From the NCBI GenBank assembly GCA_964418315.1, contig CAYQMO010000002.1, positions 579 to 64,578 on the forward strand: a stretch of 64,000 nt of DNA, in the 5' to 3' direction. This DNA comes from an uncultured Geobacter sp. Lineage in GTDB: Bacteria > Desulfobacterota > Desulfuromonadia > Geobacterales > Pseudopelobacteraceae. The position numbers and the translations under genes are program-made. Under the pieces are notes generated by a model. That model did not search any database, was not told the origin of the DNA, and saw nothing but the letters and a program-made list of their open reading frames with translations. How positions within the stretch are numbered: the stretch's first letter is position 1; every line of letters begins with the position of its first letter. This document shows positions 52,992-61,488 of this stretch, one piece after another.

Positions 52992-53847
52992 ACTGCACAG
53001 AGCGCTGGAGACTCTCTATGCATCCAGGTCAATTCAACATCTGCACAATGATCCTGTGTCGTTCTGCCATCGTTACCACGCTCCGGAGGATCAGGAGATT
53101 GCAGCGGTTATCGCGTCATCATTTGCATACGGCTCAATAGTTATTATTCTCCGGACTCTGGAGAGTATATTTTCCGAGATCGGCGCATCGCCAAGAAAAT
53201 ATGTCGAGCACTTTGAACCTCGAGAAAGTTTGCGCACATTCTCTCGCTTTAAACACCGCTTTAACGACGGTCGTGACCTCTGCGCTCTCTTATTGGCGCT
53301 GCAGCAGATGGTTAGGCAAGCAGGCAGCGTTCAGGCTTTTTTTCAGCGGGGGCATAATGCTGCAGATGCTGATGTGAGTGGCTCCTTGAACCGCTATACA
53401 ACTGCCGTCCTGGCGCTCGATTATTCAGATGTATTCGGTTCAGAAACACCCCCTAAAGAATCCTACTTCCCATTTCTGTTGCCGGCTCCCAGTTCCGGCA
53501 GCGCCTGCAAACGACTCTGCATGCTGCTGCGCTGGCTGGTTCGTCCGGCCGATGGTATTGATCTTGGCATCTGGAGCGGAATATCTCCGGCTCAGCTTAT
53601 AATACCGGTTGATACGCATATCAGCCGTATTTCCCGCTATCTTGGCCTTACTCGGCGGAAGGCCGCAGACTGGCGCATGGCACAGGAAATTACCTCGGCT
53701 CTACGCGCTTTTGATCATGCCGATCCGGTGAAATATGATTTTTCTCTGGCTCATCTCGGCATTAGTGACGGCTGTGACGGCAGAGATATGAGTCGTTGCG
53801 TTTCGTGTCAGATTGCCACTATCTGCGCACAAAACCGGACTAAATAG
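52984..53847 (+). CDS. TIGR02757/DUF2400-like conserved hypothetical protein
   Basis: DPVSFCHRYHAPEDQEIAAVIASSFAYGS, plus C-terminal VDTHISRISRYLGL and a Cys-rich tail. The family was recognised by eye only. Confidence 0.55.
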   Translation: MSELHRALETLYASRSIQHLHNDPVSFCHRYHAPEDQEIAAVIASSFAYGSIVIILRTLESIFSEIGASPRKYVEHFEPRESLRTFSRFKHRFNDGRDLCALLLALQQMVRQAGSVQAFFQRGHNAADADVSGSLNRYTTAVLALDYSDVFGSETPPKESYFPFLLPAPSSGSACKRLCMLLRWLVRPADGIDLGIWSGISPAQLIIPVDTHISRISRYLGLTRRKAADWRMAQEITSALRAFDHADPVKYDFSLAHLGISDGCDGRDMSRCVSCQIATICAQNRTK

Positions 53848-53955
53848 TCGAAATATATCAGCGTAATGATTTGACACCCTTATCTCTTTCTGTTATAGGA
53901 CAAGCGTTATTTCAGATAGTTCCGACCAGATGCTCTCGTCAACGAGGAGTCGCAG

Positions 53956-55233
53956 ATGATAATCCAATGCGAAAAATGCCAGACCAGATTTCGGCTTGAC
54001 GATTCCAGATTCACTAACAAGGGTGTGAAAGTCCGTTGTTCCAAGTGCAAACACGTATTCACCGTGCGTAAGGAAGTGTCGGATGCTGACACTTTGCAAC
54101 CTGAGACGGCATTTGCGGATTTTTCTCCTCCAGTTGCCGAGAGTCAGACAACCACTGCGGCTAATGAGGAGTGGAGCTTTGCCGCTGAAACGGTTCCCCC
54201 TCCTGCTACAGATGCCTCAGATTCAACTGTTTTCGGAGACATCACTCTTGAGAATGAACCGGCCGGTTTCAGTTTCACTCCGCTCGAATCGTCTCCTTTT
54301 GCTACTAAAGACGATAAAATGAGCGAATCTGTTGTTCAAAACACACCGGAAACAGCGCCTGAAGATATCTCATTTGATTTTGGGGAGATCAGTTTTGCCG
54401 ACTCAGATGCTGTGGACGGTCAGGATTCCGGCAACAAAAGTGATACGCCACCATCTCTTGATACCGCTGCAGATGCGCCGTCCAACTTTGGAGAAATTGA
54501 TTTTGGCGACGAGCCCACCACAACCCCGTTTGATGTTTCGAACGTCATTCAAGAGGAGATGAAGCCTTTTCCAGCGGCTCTGTCAGCGCATCTGGCTGAG
54601 GCCACTGCCAGCGCAGAGGAGGTAGATAAGAAGGAGGTAGATAAGAAGGAGCAATCGTTTCCTTCGGAAGCGGCGTCAAACGTGCAGCATGAGCTGCCGC
54701 CGCTCTCAATCGCTTCACGGCGCAAGCAGAGTCCGCTGTTTGGAGTTCTAATTGGCGCTGTTGCACTGCTGGTTATTTCTGTTCTCGGTTTTTTCGGATA
54801 CTCTTCACTTTCGACCCCCAAGGAAACCGCAACTCCAGAAAGTGGTAAAATTGGTGTGCGGGGCGTCAGTAGCGCTTTTGTTAAAAACAGTTCAGCCGGT
54901 GAATTGCTGGTAGTTTCCGGTGAAGCGTTCAACGAATATTCAAAACCCAGGGCTTCGTTGCAAGTTATGGTAACCGTTTTCGACTCTACCGGAAAGAAAG
55001 TTGCTTCCAAGAATGCATATGGAGGCAATCCGCTTACTAAAGAGCAGTTGGTAAATCTGCCGCTCGATAAAATCGAGGCAGCAATGACAAACCCGTTTGG
55101 AGACTCTTTGTCGAACATGGGAGTTGCACCGGGCAAATCTATTCCTTTTGTTGTGGTACTGGCAAATATACCATCTGGAGCCAAAGATTTCAGCGTGCAG
55201 TCTGCCGGATCAACGGTGGCAACTGTAAAATAG
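53956..55233 (+). CDS. MJ0042-type zinc-ribbon protein with an acidic low-complexity linker, one TM segment and a DUF3426-like C-terminal domain
   Basis: MIIQCEKCQTRFRLDDSRFTNKGVKVRCSKCKHVFTV, the TM segment LFGVLIGAVALLVISVLGFFGY, and a C-terminal beta-rich domain. Confidence 0.8.
   Translation: MIIQCEKCQTRFRLDDSRFTNKGVKVRCSKCKHVFTVRKEVSDADTLQPETAFADFSPPVAESQTTTAANEEWSFAAETVPPPATDASDSTVFGDITLENEPAGFSFTPLESSPFATKDDKMSESVVQNTPETAPEDISFDFGEISFADSDAVDGQDSGNKSDTPPSLDTAADAPSNFGEIDFGDEPTTTPFDVSNVIQEEMKPFPAALSAHLAEATASAEEVDKKEVDKKEQSFPSEAASNVQHELPPLSIASRRKQSPLFGVLIGAVALLVISVLGFFGYSSLSTPKETATPESGKIGVRGVSSAFVKNSSAGELLVVSGEAFNEYSKPRASLQVMVTVFDSTGKKVASKNAYGGNPLTKEQLVNLPLDKIEAAMTNPFGDSLSNMGVAPGKSIPFVVVLANIPSGAKDFSVQSAGSTVATVK
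54617..54646 (+). repeat. Perfect 15-bp tandem duplication (AGGAGGTAGATAAGA x2, plus a partial third copy) in frame (EVDKK x2)
   Basis: Read directly from the sequence: 54617-54631 equals 54632-54646. Confidence 0.9.
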
Positions 55234-55255
55234 TGTAGTGAGGTAATTTGTTTCG

Positions 55256-55291
55256 AAAAAAGGCCGCTGACATTACTGCCAGTGGCCTTTT
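55256..55291. terminator. Bidirectional rho-independent terminator between convergent genes
   Basis: AAAAAAGGCCGCTG-acattactgc-CAGTGGCCTTTT has a 12-bp stem (one G-U pair) with an A-tract and a T-tract. Confidence 0.7.
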
Positions 55292-55320
55292 CAGTTGTTG
55301 TGCAGAAGCAGAGGTGCTTT

Positions 55321-55833
55321 CTACAAGATATCAACCAATCTGATTGAAAAAGTCAAGTCACGACCTGCCAAAGGATGGTTGCCATCCAGAGTAATAGTTG
55401 ACTCGGTAACTTCTGTTACAAGCACCGGAAAGGGGGAGCCATCTTCCAGAATAACCTCCATCTGGTGCCCCGGTTCAGGGTTGATGTCAGCCGGAATCTC
55501 ACTCCGCTCGATCACCGCTACCATCTCCTCGGCACGCTGCCCATACGCCTCATCTGCAGGAATGACGACCGTAACGCTCTCTCCCCGCTTAAGTCCGATA
55601 ACCGCCGCTTCGAATTTTGGTATAAGCTGCCCGGCTCCAATGACGAACTCCAACGGTTCAGCTCCTTGCTTATCGCCTCCGTAGCCATCACCGTCGCTTT
55701 TTTTGCTGCCGCAGCAGCAGTCGTGTTCATGCGGTTGCTCCGCAGCCCCTTCAGAACTGTCAAAAACTGATCCGTCTTCAAGTCTGCCAGTGTAGTGTAC
55801 GGTGACTTTATCTCCCGTTTTAGCCTGCGCCAT
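55321..55833 (-). CDS. SlyD/FkpB-type FKBP peptidyl-prolyl isomerase with an internal Cys/His/Asp-rich insertion
   Basis: GDKVTVHYTGRLEDGSVFDSS...PLEFVIGAGQLIPKFEAAVIGLKRGE, an IF-domain-like segment, and LDGNHPLAGRDLTFSIRLVDI. Confidence 0.88.
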   Translation of the reverse strand: MAQAKTGDKVTVHYTGRLEDGSVFDSSEGAAEQPHEHDCCCGSKKSDGDGYGGDKQGAEPLEFVIGAGQLIPKFEAAVIGLKRGESVTVVIPADEAYGQRAEEMVAVIERSEIPADINPEPGHQMEVILEDGSPFPVLVTEVTESTITLDGNHPLAGRDLTFSIRLVDIL

Positions 55834-55844
55834 TATTTCCTCTT

Positions 55845-56297
55845 TCAGGCGAGTTCGTCGCCGGTAAGTTGTTTACTGAAACTTTCGAGTAACCCCTTGA
55901 AGCTCATTTCAAACTGAATCTTCTGTCTGCGGATCTCTTCAATCCGGCTCTTCAGTTCCCCCAACTGTCGCTCTGCGTCAGAAACAATCCGCTCACCCTT
56001 AATCTCGGCTTCAGAAACAATTAACTCCGCCTCCTTACGGGCATTGGCTTTCATCTCTTCGATGACGCGCTGGGCAGAAAGAAGTGTATCGCGCAACTCC
56101 CGTTCCTTCTCGGCCATATTCTGCATTTCACGATTATGCTGGGACTGTTCTTCTTTCAACTGGCTGTTTTCACGAATTAATCCTTCCATTTCACCGGCAA
56201 CTGTCTGCAGAAAAGCATCCACGTCATCCGGGTCCAGTCCGCGAAACATTTTAACCTTGAACTGCTGCTGCTGGATGTCAAGCGGGGAAATTCTCAT
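55845..56297 (-). CDS. DivIVA-domain protein
   Basis: MRISPLDIQQQQFKVKMFRGLDPDDVDAFLQTVAGEMEGL followed by a coiled coil. Confidence 0.9.
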   Translation of the reverse strand: MRISPLDIQQQQFKVKMFRGLDPDDVDAFLQTVAGEMEGLIRENSQLKEEQSQHNREMQNMAEKERELRDTLLSAQRVIEEMKANARKEAELIVSEAEIKGERIVSDAERQLGELKSRIEEIRRQKIQFEMSFKGLLESFSKQLTGDELA

Positions 56298-56318
56298 TGC
56301 GTATCAATCTCCTTGAGC

Positions 56319-57074
56319 TTATTGAGCAGATAATTTCAAGTAGCACTCAGCTTTATACAGGTTGGCATCTGCGGCAAGAGGTGAGTCGGAATTTTTGGCG
56401 AGGTAACGATCCAGCAGTTCAAGTGCGGTACGGCAATCATCGACGCGATAAGCCTTTACCGCCGCCTCGAAAAGTTTTTGCCCCGGTACGGCTTCAAAGG
56501 TATGACTTGGTGTTGTCTGACGTTGATACGATGCTGGGATCGGCGCAGAAAGAGTTGTTACAGGAGACGACTCGGACGGAGTTATTTTACTGGCCGGGAT
56601 GGAGTTTTTTTTCTTGCGACTGCTTTTAGCCGTTTCAGATGCTCTCAATTCGCTGAGAGAAAGCTCGGTATTTCCTGGAGTAACAGGTTTCGCTTCTGGC
56701 CGTGCTTTTTGGGTTCCAGTTGATTTAGGTTTGTCCAATGCTTTTGAATCAGGGCGCTCATCGTTGCCGGCATGCTGAGTTAACGGAACTTTGAGCTTGC
56801 TCCCGGTGTAAATCAAGTCAGGATTGCGTATCGAGTTAAACAGAAGTATCTGGGGGAAATACATGCCATGACCGCTATATTTGCGAGAAATTTTATACAG
56901 CGTATCGCCCTTTTTGATATCAATTTCCTGAACAATTATCCCCTCCTGCGAAGGAGGCAGAGTCTTGGTAGCGACTGGCTGAGGAGCGTAGAGCAGATAC
57001 TTTTGAGCCCAGGATGAGGTTGGTGCGCAAAAAATGAGTATAGTTAATATTGTACAGAGTGCGTAATGTGCCAT
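56319..57074 (-). CDS. Secreted LysM-domain protein with a C-terminal TPR-like segment
   Basis: The signal peptide is MAHYALCTILTILIFCAPTSSWA. The LysM domain is IDIKKGDTLYKISRKYSGHGMYFPQILLFNSIRNPDLIYTGSKLKVP. The start lies 1 nt after the upstream stop. Confidence 0.85.
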   Translation of the reverse strand: MAHYALCTILTILIFCAPTSSWAQKYLLYAPQPVATKTLPPSQEGIIVQEIDIKKGDTLYKISRKYSGHGMYFPQILLFNSIRNPDLIYTGSKLKVPLTQHAGNDERPDSKALDKPKSTGTQKARPEAKPVTPGNTELSLSELRASETAKSSRKKKNSIPASKITPSESSPVTTLSAPIPASYQRQTTPSHTFEAVPGQKLFEAAVKAYRVDDCRTALELLDRYLAKNSDSPLAADANLYKAECYLKLSAQ

Positions 57075-57075
57075 A

Positions 57076-59865
57076 TCAATACCTGTTCCCCAATCGGTCT
57101 TCGTAGGTCAGAATATTTTTGACTTGGATAGCCGTTCCAACGCCGACGCCCGCCTTGACTCTGAATGAAATTCTGATGCTTCGCTTTTCTCCGGCACCCA
57201 GCTCCTTAAAGCGCCAGATAATTGCGCCGTTCACGAGGGCGCTGGTTGAAGGATCTGCGGACATAAGCTCCAACTGCTCCGGCCAGACACTCTGCAGCTC
57301 TACAATACGCGCAAGGTTAGAGCCTTGATTAGTGATTACCAAATCAAATGAGGTTACGTCACCAGGCTTGAGTTGACCGTCACGCCCTGACATGACCATC
57401 TGCAGTACCGGTCTTGAATAGGTCAGTTGCGTTAAACCTGATACCACGCTGGAGGAGTCACCTTCTGAAATAAATGATACCTTGACACTGTCACGGTTGC
57501 CATCTTTGGCGCGCTTTTCGGTTTTTATTTCCACCACGACGCTGGCTTCTTCATGAGGAGCTAGTGGACCAATTTCAGTTATCATCGGCTCAGTGGCTTG
57601 TCTTATTCCGTCACGATTTATGTCGTGGAAAATTGCAGCATCCTGAGTGCCGGAAACGACAGAAACAATTTTATATTTTTCCCGAATATTGCCCATGTTG
57701 CTGACAACAAAGGGAGCCGATATTGTCTGGCCGGGAAATGCAATCAGGTGCTCTGAGCCGGTGCGAACAAAAATTCTCCGTTGCGGTTCCACGTATGCCG
57801 AATTTGCAACAAACGCAGCGGTGGTTTTAAGGGTATTGTTTATCAGTTCGGCACGTGTCACAAGCTCCTGACCAGCCAAAGCATCGTCTTTAAGCCGGAA
57901 GACCATGGTGAACTCCCGATTTTCACCCGATTTTACCTGCATTCCGTCAAGAACCAGCGCCGATTTCATCTCCTGTCTGAAACCGGCTGCTACGTAATCA
58001 AGAGGCTCAAGCTGTGGCGGAAAATTAAGACGGAAGGTAACGTCATCAGCGGCGTCTGAACCTGCATTACGTATGGCAATACGATACAAAATTTTATCGC
58101 CCGGGAGTGGCCTGGTTTTTTCTGTCTGTAGAAGAGCGCGAAGGAGCGGCGCTGATGAAATAATCTTGACCTCACGCGACTGGCTCGCTTCGGCAGCCAG
58201 GCGCGAAGCAGCTTTAAGCGGGTACGCTATGCGTGTGCCGTCAGTAGTGGCCGGCGGTATAACAAGGGAAAGAGAGCCTTTAAATGTTTCGCCCGGGGCA
58301 AGTTCGGGGGTTTGGTTGATAGCAGCGCCAGAACCTGTGATAGAGGTAAAACGCGCATTAAAAGCTGTAGGGAACGCAGATTCAAGATAAAACGAATCGC
58401 TGCCGTTGCCCCTATTTGTAACTTCAAACGGAACCAGAATCTGGCGACCGACATTAAATACTTCCGGACGGGCAAGAAGATTAAACTCAAATGCGGCAAA
58501 TTGAGTAACTTCAAACCTCAATATCTGGGCATTTTCGAGCTGAGGCGCTTCAACTACTTTAGGCGGAAAAGCGTTCGCAACTCCAAGCTCACGCAGTTTT
58601 GCGGTTGCGGTGGCTGCCGCAGTTGAAGCAGGGTATCTGTCAATAATTGACTTATACTCACTTATGGCCTTCTCGCGATATGCCCGTTTTGAAGCGTCAC
58701 CAGTTTCCCCAGCGGGATTCAGTGATGCTTGCCTGGACTCTTCATCCATTTTTTGAGTTGCCAGTCGATTCTGTTCGGCTCTGTAAACAGCTAAACGCCC
58801 CTGCTCTTTCTTTTCTTCTTCAGCCAGAGTAACAGAGAGCTGCAACTCTTCAGCCTTCGCAGCAGCCAGCAGTTCCTGCTCTGACGCCACTGCAGCCACG
58901 CGAATCTGTTCTGCGACTTTTCGTGTCTCTTCAGCCTTGAGATCTGCAGCTCTCTGCAGTTCCGCTTCTTCACGCGCAGCAGCCTCCCGGACTATCCGCT
59001 CCTGCTCGGTCTTTTCCGCTGTGACTCGTGCAGATTCAATTGCGGCTGCGACCTGTTTGGCTACCTCAGCTTTGAGATCTGCAGCTCTCTGCAGTTCCGC
59101 TTCTTCACGCGCAGCAGCTTCCCGGACTATCCGCTCCTGTTCAGCCTTTGCCGCAGCAACACGCGCTGCTTCAACTGCGGCAGCGACCTGTTTAGCCTCT
59201 TCTGCTTTGAGATCTGCAACTCTCTGCATCTCCGCTTTTTCACGCTCAGCGGCTTCCCGGGCTATCCGTTCCTGCTCAGCCTTTGCCGCAGCAACCCTGG
59301 CTGACTCAACGGCGGCAGCAGCCTGTCTGGCCTCTTCGGCTTTTTGAAGGGCAAGGCGGTCTGGTTCTTTAGCCGGAGAAGTTCCAACAGGTAGTTTTTC
59401 ACCTTTCTCAAAGCGCGCAGTAAGAACGAGCATTTCCTCTTCAACGGTATTTTTGAGAGGGTTATCCGGGTACTCTTTGGAAAATTGAGAAAGATAGCGG
59501 GCGGCTTCCTGCAGGTTGCCAACTTTGTAATAGGAGCGGGAGAGCCAAAAAAGAGCCATATCCCTGAGAGGAGTATCGGGGTGTTTTTTCAGCACCTCAT
59601 TCATTTTGTCAATTGAAACGGCGTAATTTTTCTGCTGATAGGCATTAAAACCGGCAATAAAAGACAGTGAATCCTCAGCTTCCTTGCAGAACGCAGGAGG
59701 CACTATCAGTGAAGAAGTCAAAACCATCACGACCAGGAGTCGTGAGAGAGTGCTGGAGCAAAATCTCAATAAAATCACGTTAATTGACCTCTTTCGGCCG
59801 AATACGCTACTGACGGCGCACGGAGAGCAGATGGAGCGACAGGTAAAATGCTTTCTAAGTAGCAC
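57076..59865 (-). CDS. Large secreted protein: YbgF-like TPR N-terminus, Ala/Glu/Lys/Arg tandem coiled-coil repeats, and DUF11/CARDB-like beta-sandwich repeats
   Basis: TPR-like segments are YAVSIDKMNEVLKKHPDTPLRDMALFWLSRSYYKVGNLQEAARYL. Three 45-aa repeats follow, then repeated ...NxGxxxAxxVxxxxxxPxxL... modules. The GTG at 59778 (MILLRFCSSTLSRLLVVMVLTSSLIVPPAFC) is a plausible true start. Confidence 0.8.
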   Translation of the reverse strand: MLLRKHFTCRSICSPCAVSSVFGRKRSINVILLRFCSSTLSRLLVVMVLTSSLIVPPAFCKEAEDSLSFIAGFNAYQQKNYAVSIDKMNEVLKKHPDTPLRDMALFWLSRSYYKVGNLQEAARYLSQFSKEYPDNPLKNTVEEEMLVLTARFEKGEKLPVGTSPAKEPDRLALQKAEEARQAAAAVESARVAAAKAEQERIAREAAEREKAEMQRVADLKAEEAKQVAAAVEAARVAAAKAEQERIVREAAAREEAELQRAADLKAEVAKQVAAAIESARVTAEKTEQERIVREAAAREEAELQRAADLKAEETRKVAEQIRVAAVASEQELLAAAKAEELQLSVTLAEEEKKEQGRLAVYRAEQNRLATQKMDEESRQASLNPAGETGDASKRAYREKAISEYKSIIDRYPASTAAATATAKLRELGVANAFPPKVVEAPQLENAQILRFEVTQFAAFEFNLLARPEVFNVGRQILVPFEVTNRGNGSDSFYLESAFPTAFNARFTSITGSGAAINQTPELAPGETFKGSLSLVIPPATTDGTRIAYPLKAASRLAAEASQSREVKIISSAPLLRALLQTEKTRPLPGDKILYRIAIRNAGSDAADDVTFRLNFPPQLEPLDYVAAGFRQEMKSALVLDGMQVKSGENREFTMVFRLKDDALAGQELVTRAELINNTLKTTAAFVANSAYVEPQRRIFVRTGSEHLIAFPGQTISAPFVVSNMGNIREKYKIVSVVSGTQDAAIFHDINRDGIRQATEPMITEIGPLAPHEEASVVVEIKTEKRAKDGNRDSVKVSFISEGDSSSVVSGLTQLTYSRPVLQMVMSGRDGQLKPGDVTSFDLVITNQGSNLARIVELQSVWPEQLELMSADPSTSALVNGAIIWRFKELGAGEKRSIRISFRVKAGVGVGTAIQVKNILTYEDRLGNRY
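58937..59341 (-). repeat. 3 x 135-bp tandem coding repeat
   Basis: TTGAGATCTGCA... recurs at 58937, 59072 and 59207, exactly 135 nt apart. It encodes AE(E/V)AKQVAAA(V/I)E(A/S)ARV(A/T)A(A/E)K(A/T)EQERIVREAAAREEAELQRAADLK. Confidence 0.9.
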
Positions 59866-59972
59866 CTCTCTGCTCCATTGTCAACGAAAGAAACGGTATG
59901 TCAGTATCTTATCAACCGTTATGGTACGCGGCTTCCAAAGGATTCAGACGGTACAAATATTCTCCTACGCTA

Positions 59973-61193
59973 TCATCTAATGCTCTCTTCCGGGTATGCT
60001 CCGATTTTATGGATTGAAATATCGGCTCCGTTAAACTCATCTTCCTGATCCAAGCGGATTCCAACGGTTTTATTCAGAGCGCCATAAACTAAAAAGCCGC
60101 TCACCAAAGCGAATAAAACTGCAGACGCACTCCCGGCAAGTTGTGACACAAAGCTAACCCCGCCTATGCCACCGAAAAATTTCTGTCCGAAAATACCGGC
60201 AGCAATTCCGCCCCAGGTGCCGATTATGCCATGAAGCGGCCATACTCCCAGAACATCATCAATTTTGAGTTTTTCCTGTTCAAAATGGAAGCCGTAGACA
60301 AAGATAACGGAGGCGATGCAGCCGACTGCAAATGCACCCAAGGGGTGCATGATGTCGCTTCCGGCACAGACCGCGATAAGTCCGGCCAGTGCCCCGTTGT
60401 GAATGAAGCCGGGGTCGTTCTTGCCGACTATCAGTGCCGCAATGACGCCGCCAACCATTGCCATGAGTGAATTAACTGCGACAAGGCCGGATATTTTTTC
60501 CAGATTGCCGGCACTCATGACATTAAAGCCAAACCAGCCAATGGCCAGAATCCATGAACCAAGAGCCAGAAACGGAATGTTGCTGACCAGAATCGGGTGG
60601 GATTTACCTCGCTGGTAGCGCCCCATGCGCGGGCCAAGGATTATAACAGCGGGTAGTGCGATCCAGCCACCAATGGAGTGGACGACAACAGAACCGGCAT
60701 AATCGTGAAAGTCTGCACCACCCAGTGATTTAAAGATCGCCTGGATGTGAGAGGAGTTTTGTCCCCAGATCAGTGATTCAAAAAGTGGATAGAAGAGCCC
60801 GGCAAAGATGGCTCCTGCGGTTACCTGTGGCCAGAATTTGGCTCGTTCAGCGATACCGCCGGAGATAATGGCAGGAATGCAGGCTGCGAAACAGAGAAGG
60901 AAAAAATAATGGACGAGATCGTACCCCTGAGTTGTGCCGAGAAGCTCTCCTGCCGGCCTTAAAAACGAAATGCCGTAGGCGATCGGAAATCCGACGATAA
61001 AGTAGACAACTGTCGAAACTGCCCAGTCGGTGAGAATTTTAACCAGCGCGTTGACCTGGTTTTTTCCGCGCACCGTGCCGACTTCAAGGAAGGCAAATCC
61101 GGCATGCATCGCAAAAACCATTGCTGCGCCCAGCATAAGAAACAATACATCAGCACTACTTTTGAGCCCCGTCATCGTTGACATGGAATCCAT
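59973..61193 (-). CDS. amtB: Ammonium transporter (Amt family)
   Basis: DVLFLMLGAAMVFAMHAGFAFLEVG, DYAGSVVVHSIGG and GVWPLHGIIGTWGGIAAG. ATG at 61193 has a GGGGG Shine-Dalgarno sequence. The ORF-track extension to 61343 runs through the promoter region. Confidence 0.93.
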   Translation of the reverse strand: MDSMSTMTGLKSSADVLFLMLGAAMVFAMHAGFAFLEVGTVRGKNQVNALVKILTDWAVSTVVYFIVGFPIAYGISFLRPAGELLGTTQGYDLVHYFFLLCFAACIPAIISGGIAERAKFWPQVTAGAIFAGLFYPLFESLIWGQNSSHIQAIFKSLGGADFHDYAGSVVVHSIGGWIALPAVIILGPRMGRYQRGKSHPILVSNIPFLALGSWILAIGWFGFNVMSAGNLEKISGLVAVNSLMAMVGGVIAALIVGKNDPGFIHNGALAGLIAVCAGSDIMHPLGAFAVGCIASVIFVYGFHFEQEKLKIDDVLGVWPLHGIIGTWGGIAAGIFGQKFFGGIGGVSFVSQLAGSASAVLFALVSGFLVYGALNKTVGIRLDQEDEFNGADISIHKIGAYPEESIR

Positions 61194-61251
61194 ACATATA
61201 CCCCCGTTGGTATTTATGAAATTCTGCCTATCATTTGGCAGCCCCAAAAAT

Positions 61252-61268
61252 AAGCAAGATTTTTGCCA
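61252..61268 (-). promoter_or_regulatory. Sigma-54 (-24/-12) promoter upstream of amt
   Basis: The minus strand reads TGGCAAAAATCTTGCTT. GG and GC are separated by exactly 10 nt, matching TGGCAC-N5-TTGCW at 9 of the 10 specified positions (A for C at position 6). The element ends about 58 nt upstream of the ATG. Confidence 0.65.
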
Positions 61269-61340
61269 ATCACTTAACACACCAATATTGCAACACTTAT
61301 CAGTTACTCTCATAGGTGAGACAGCCACTATTTTAAGCTG

Positions 61341-61361
61341 CATGCATAAAAAGTATGCATG
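61341..61361. promoter_or_regulatory. NtrC-type palindrome (candidate enhancer/UAS) upstream of the amt sigma-54 promoter
   Basis: CATGCATA-aaaag-TATGCATG contains TGCA-N9-TGCA, as in the NtrC consensus TGCACC-N5-GGTGCA. It lies about 75-95 nt upstream of the -24 element. Confidence 0.45.
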
Positions 61362-61488
61362 TTTGCGAGCGGCTGAAAAGCCTGAGAACTACTCGGTCGA
61401 TTATCATGTATTTAATTTGCCTTTTGGAATTCGATAAGTATAATCGCGATTATCCAAATTATGATTATACCTGAATGGTTGGCCAATT

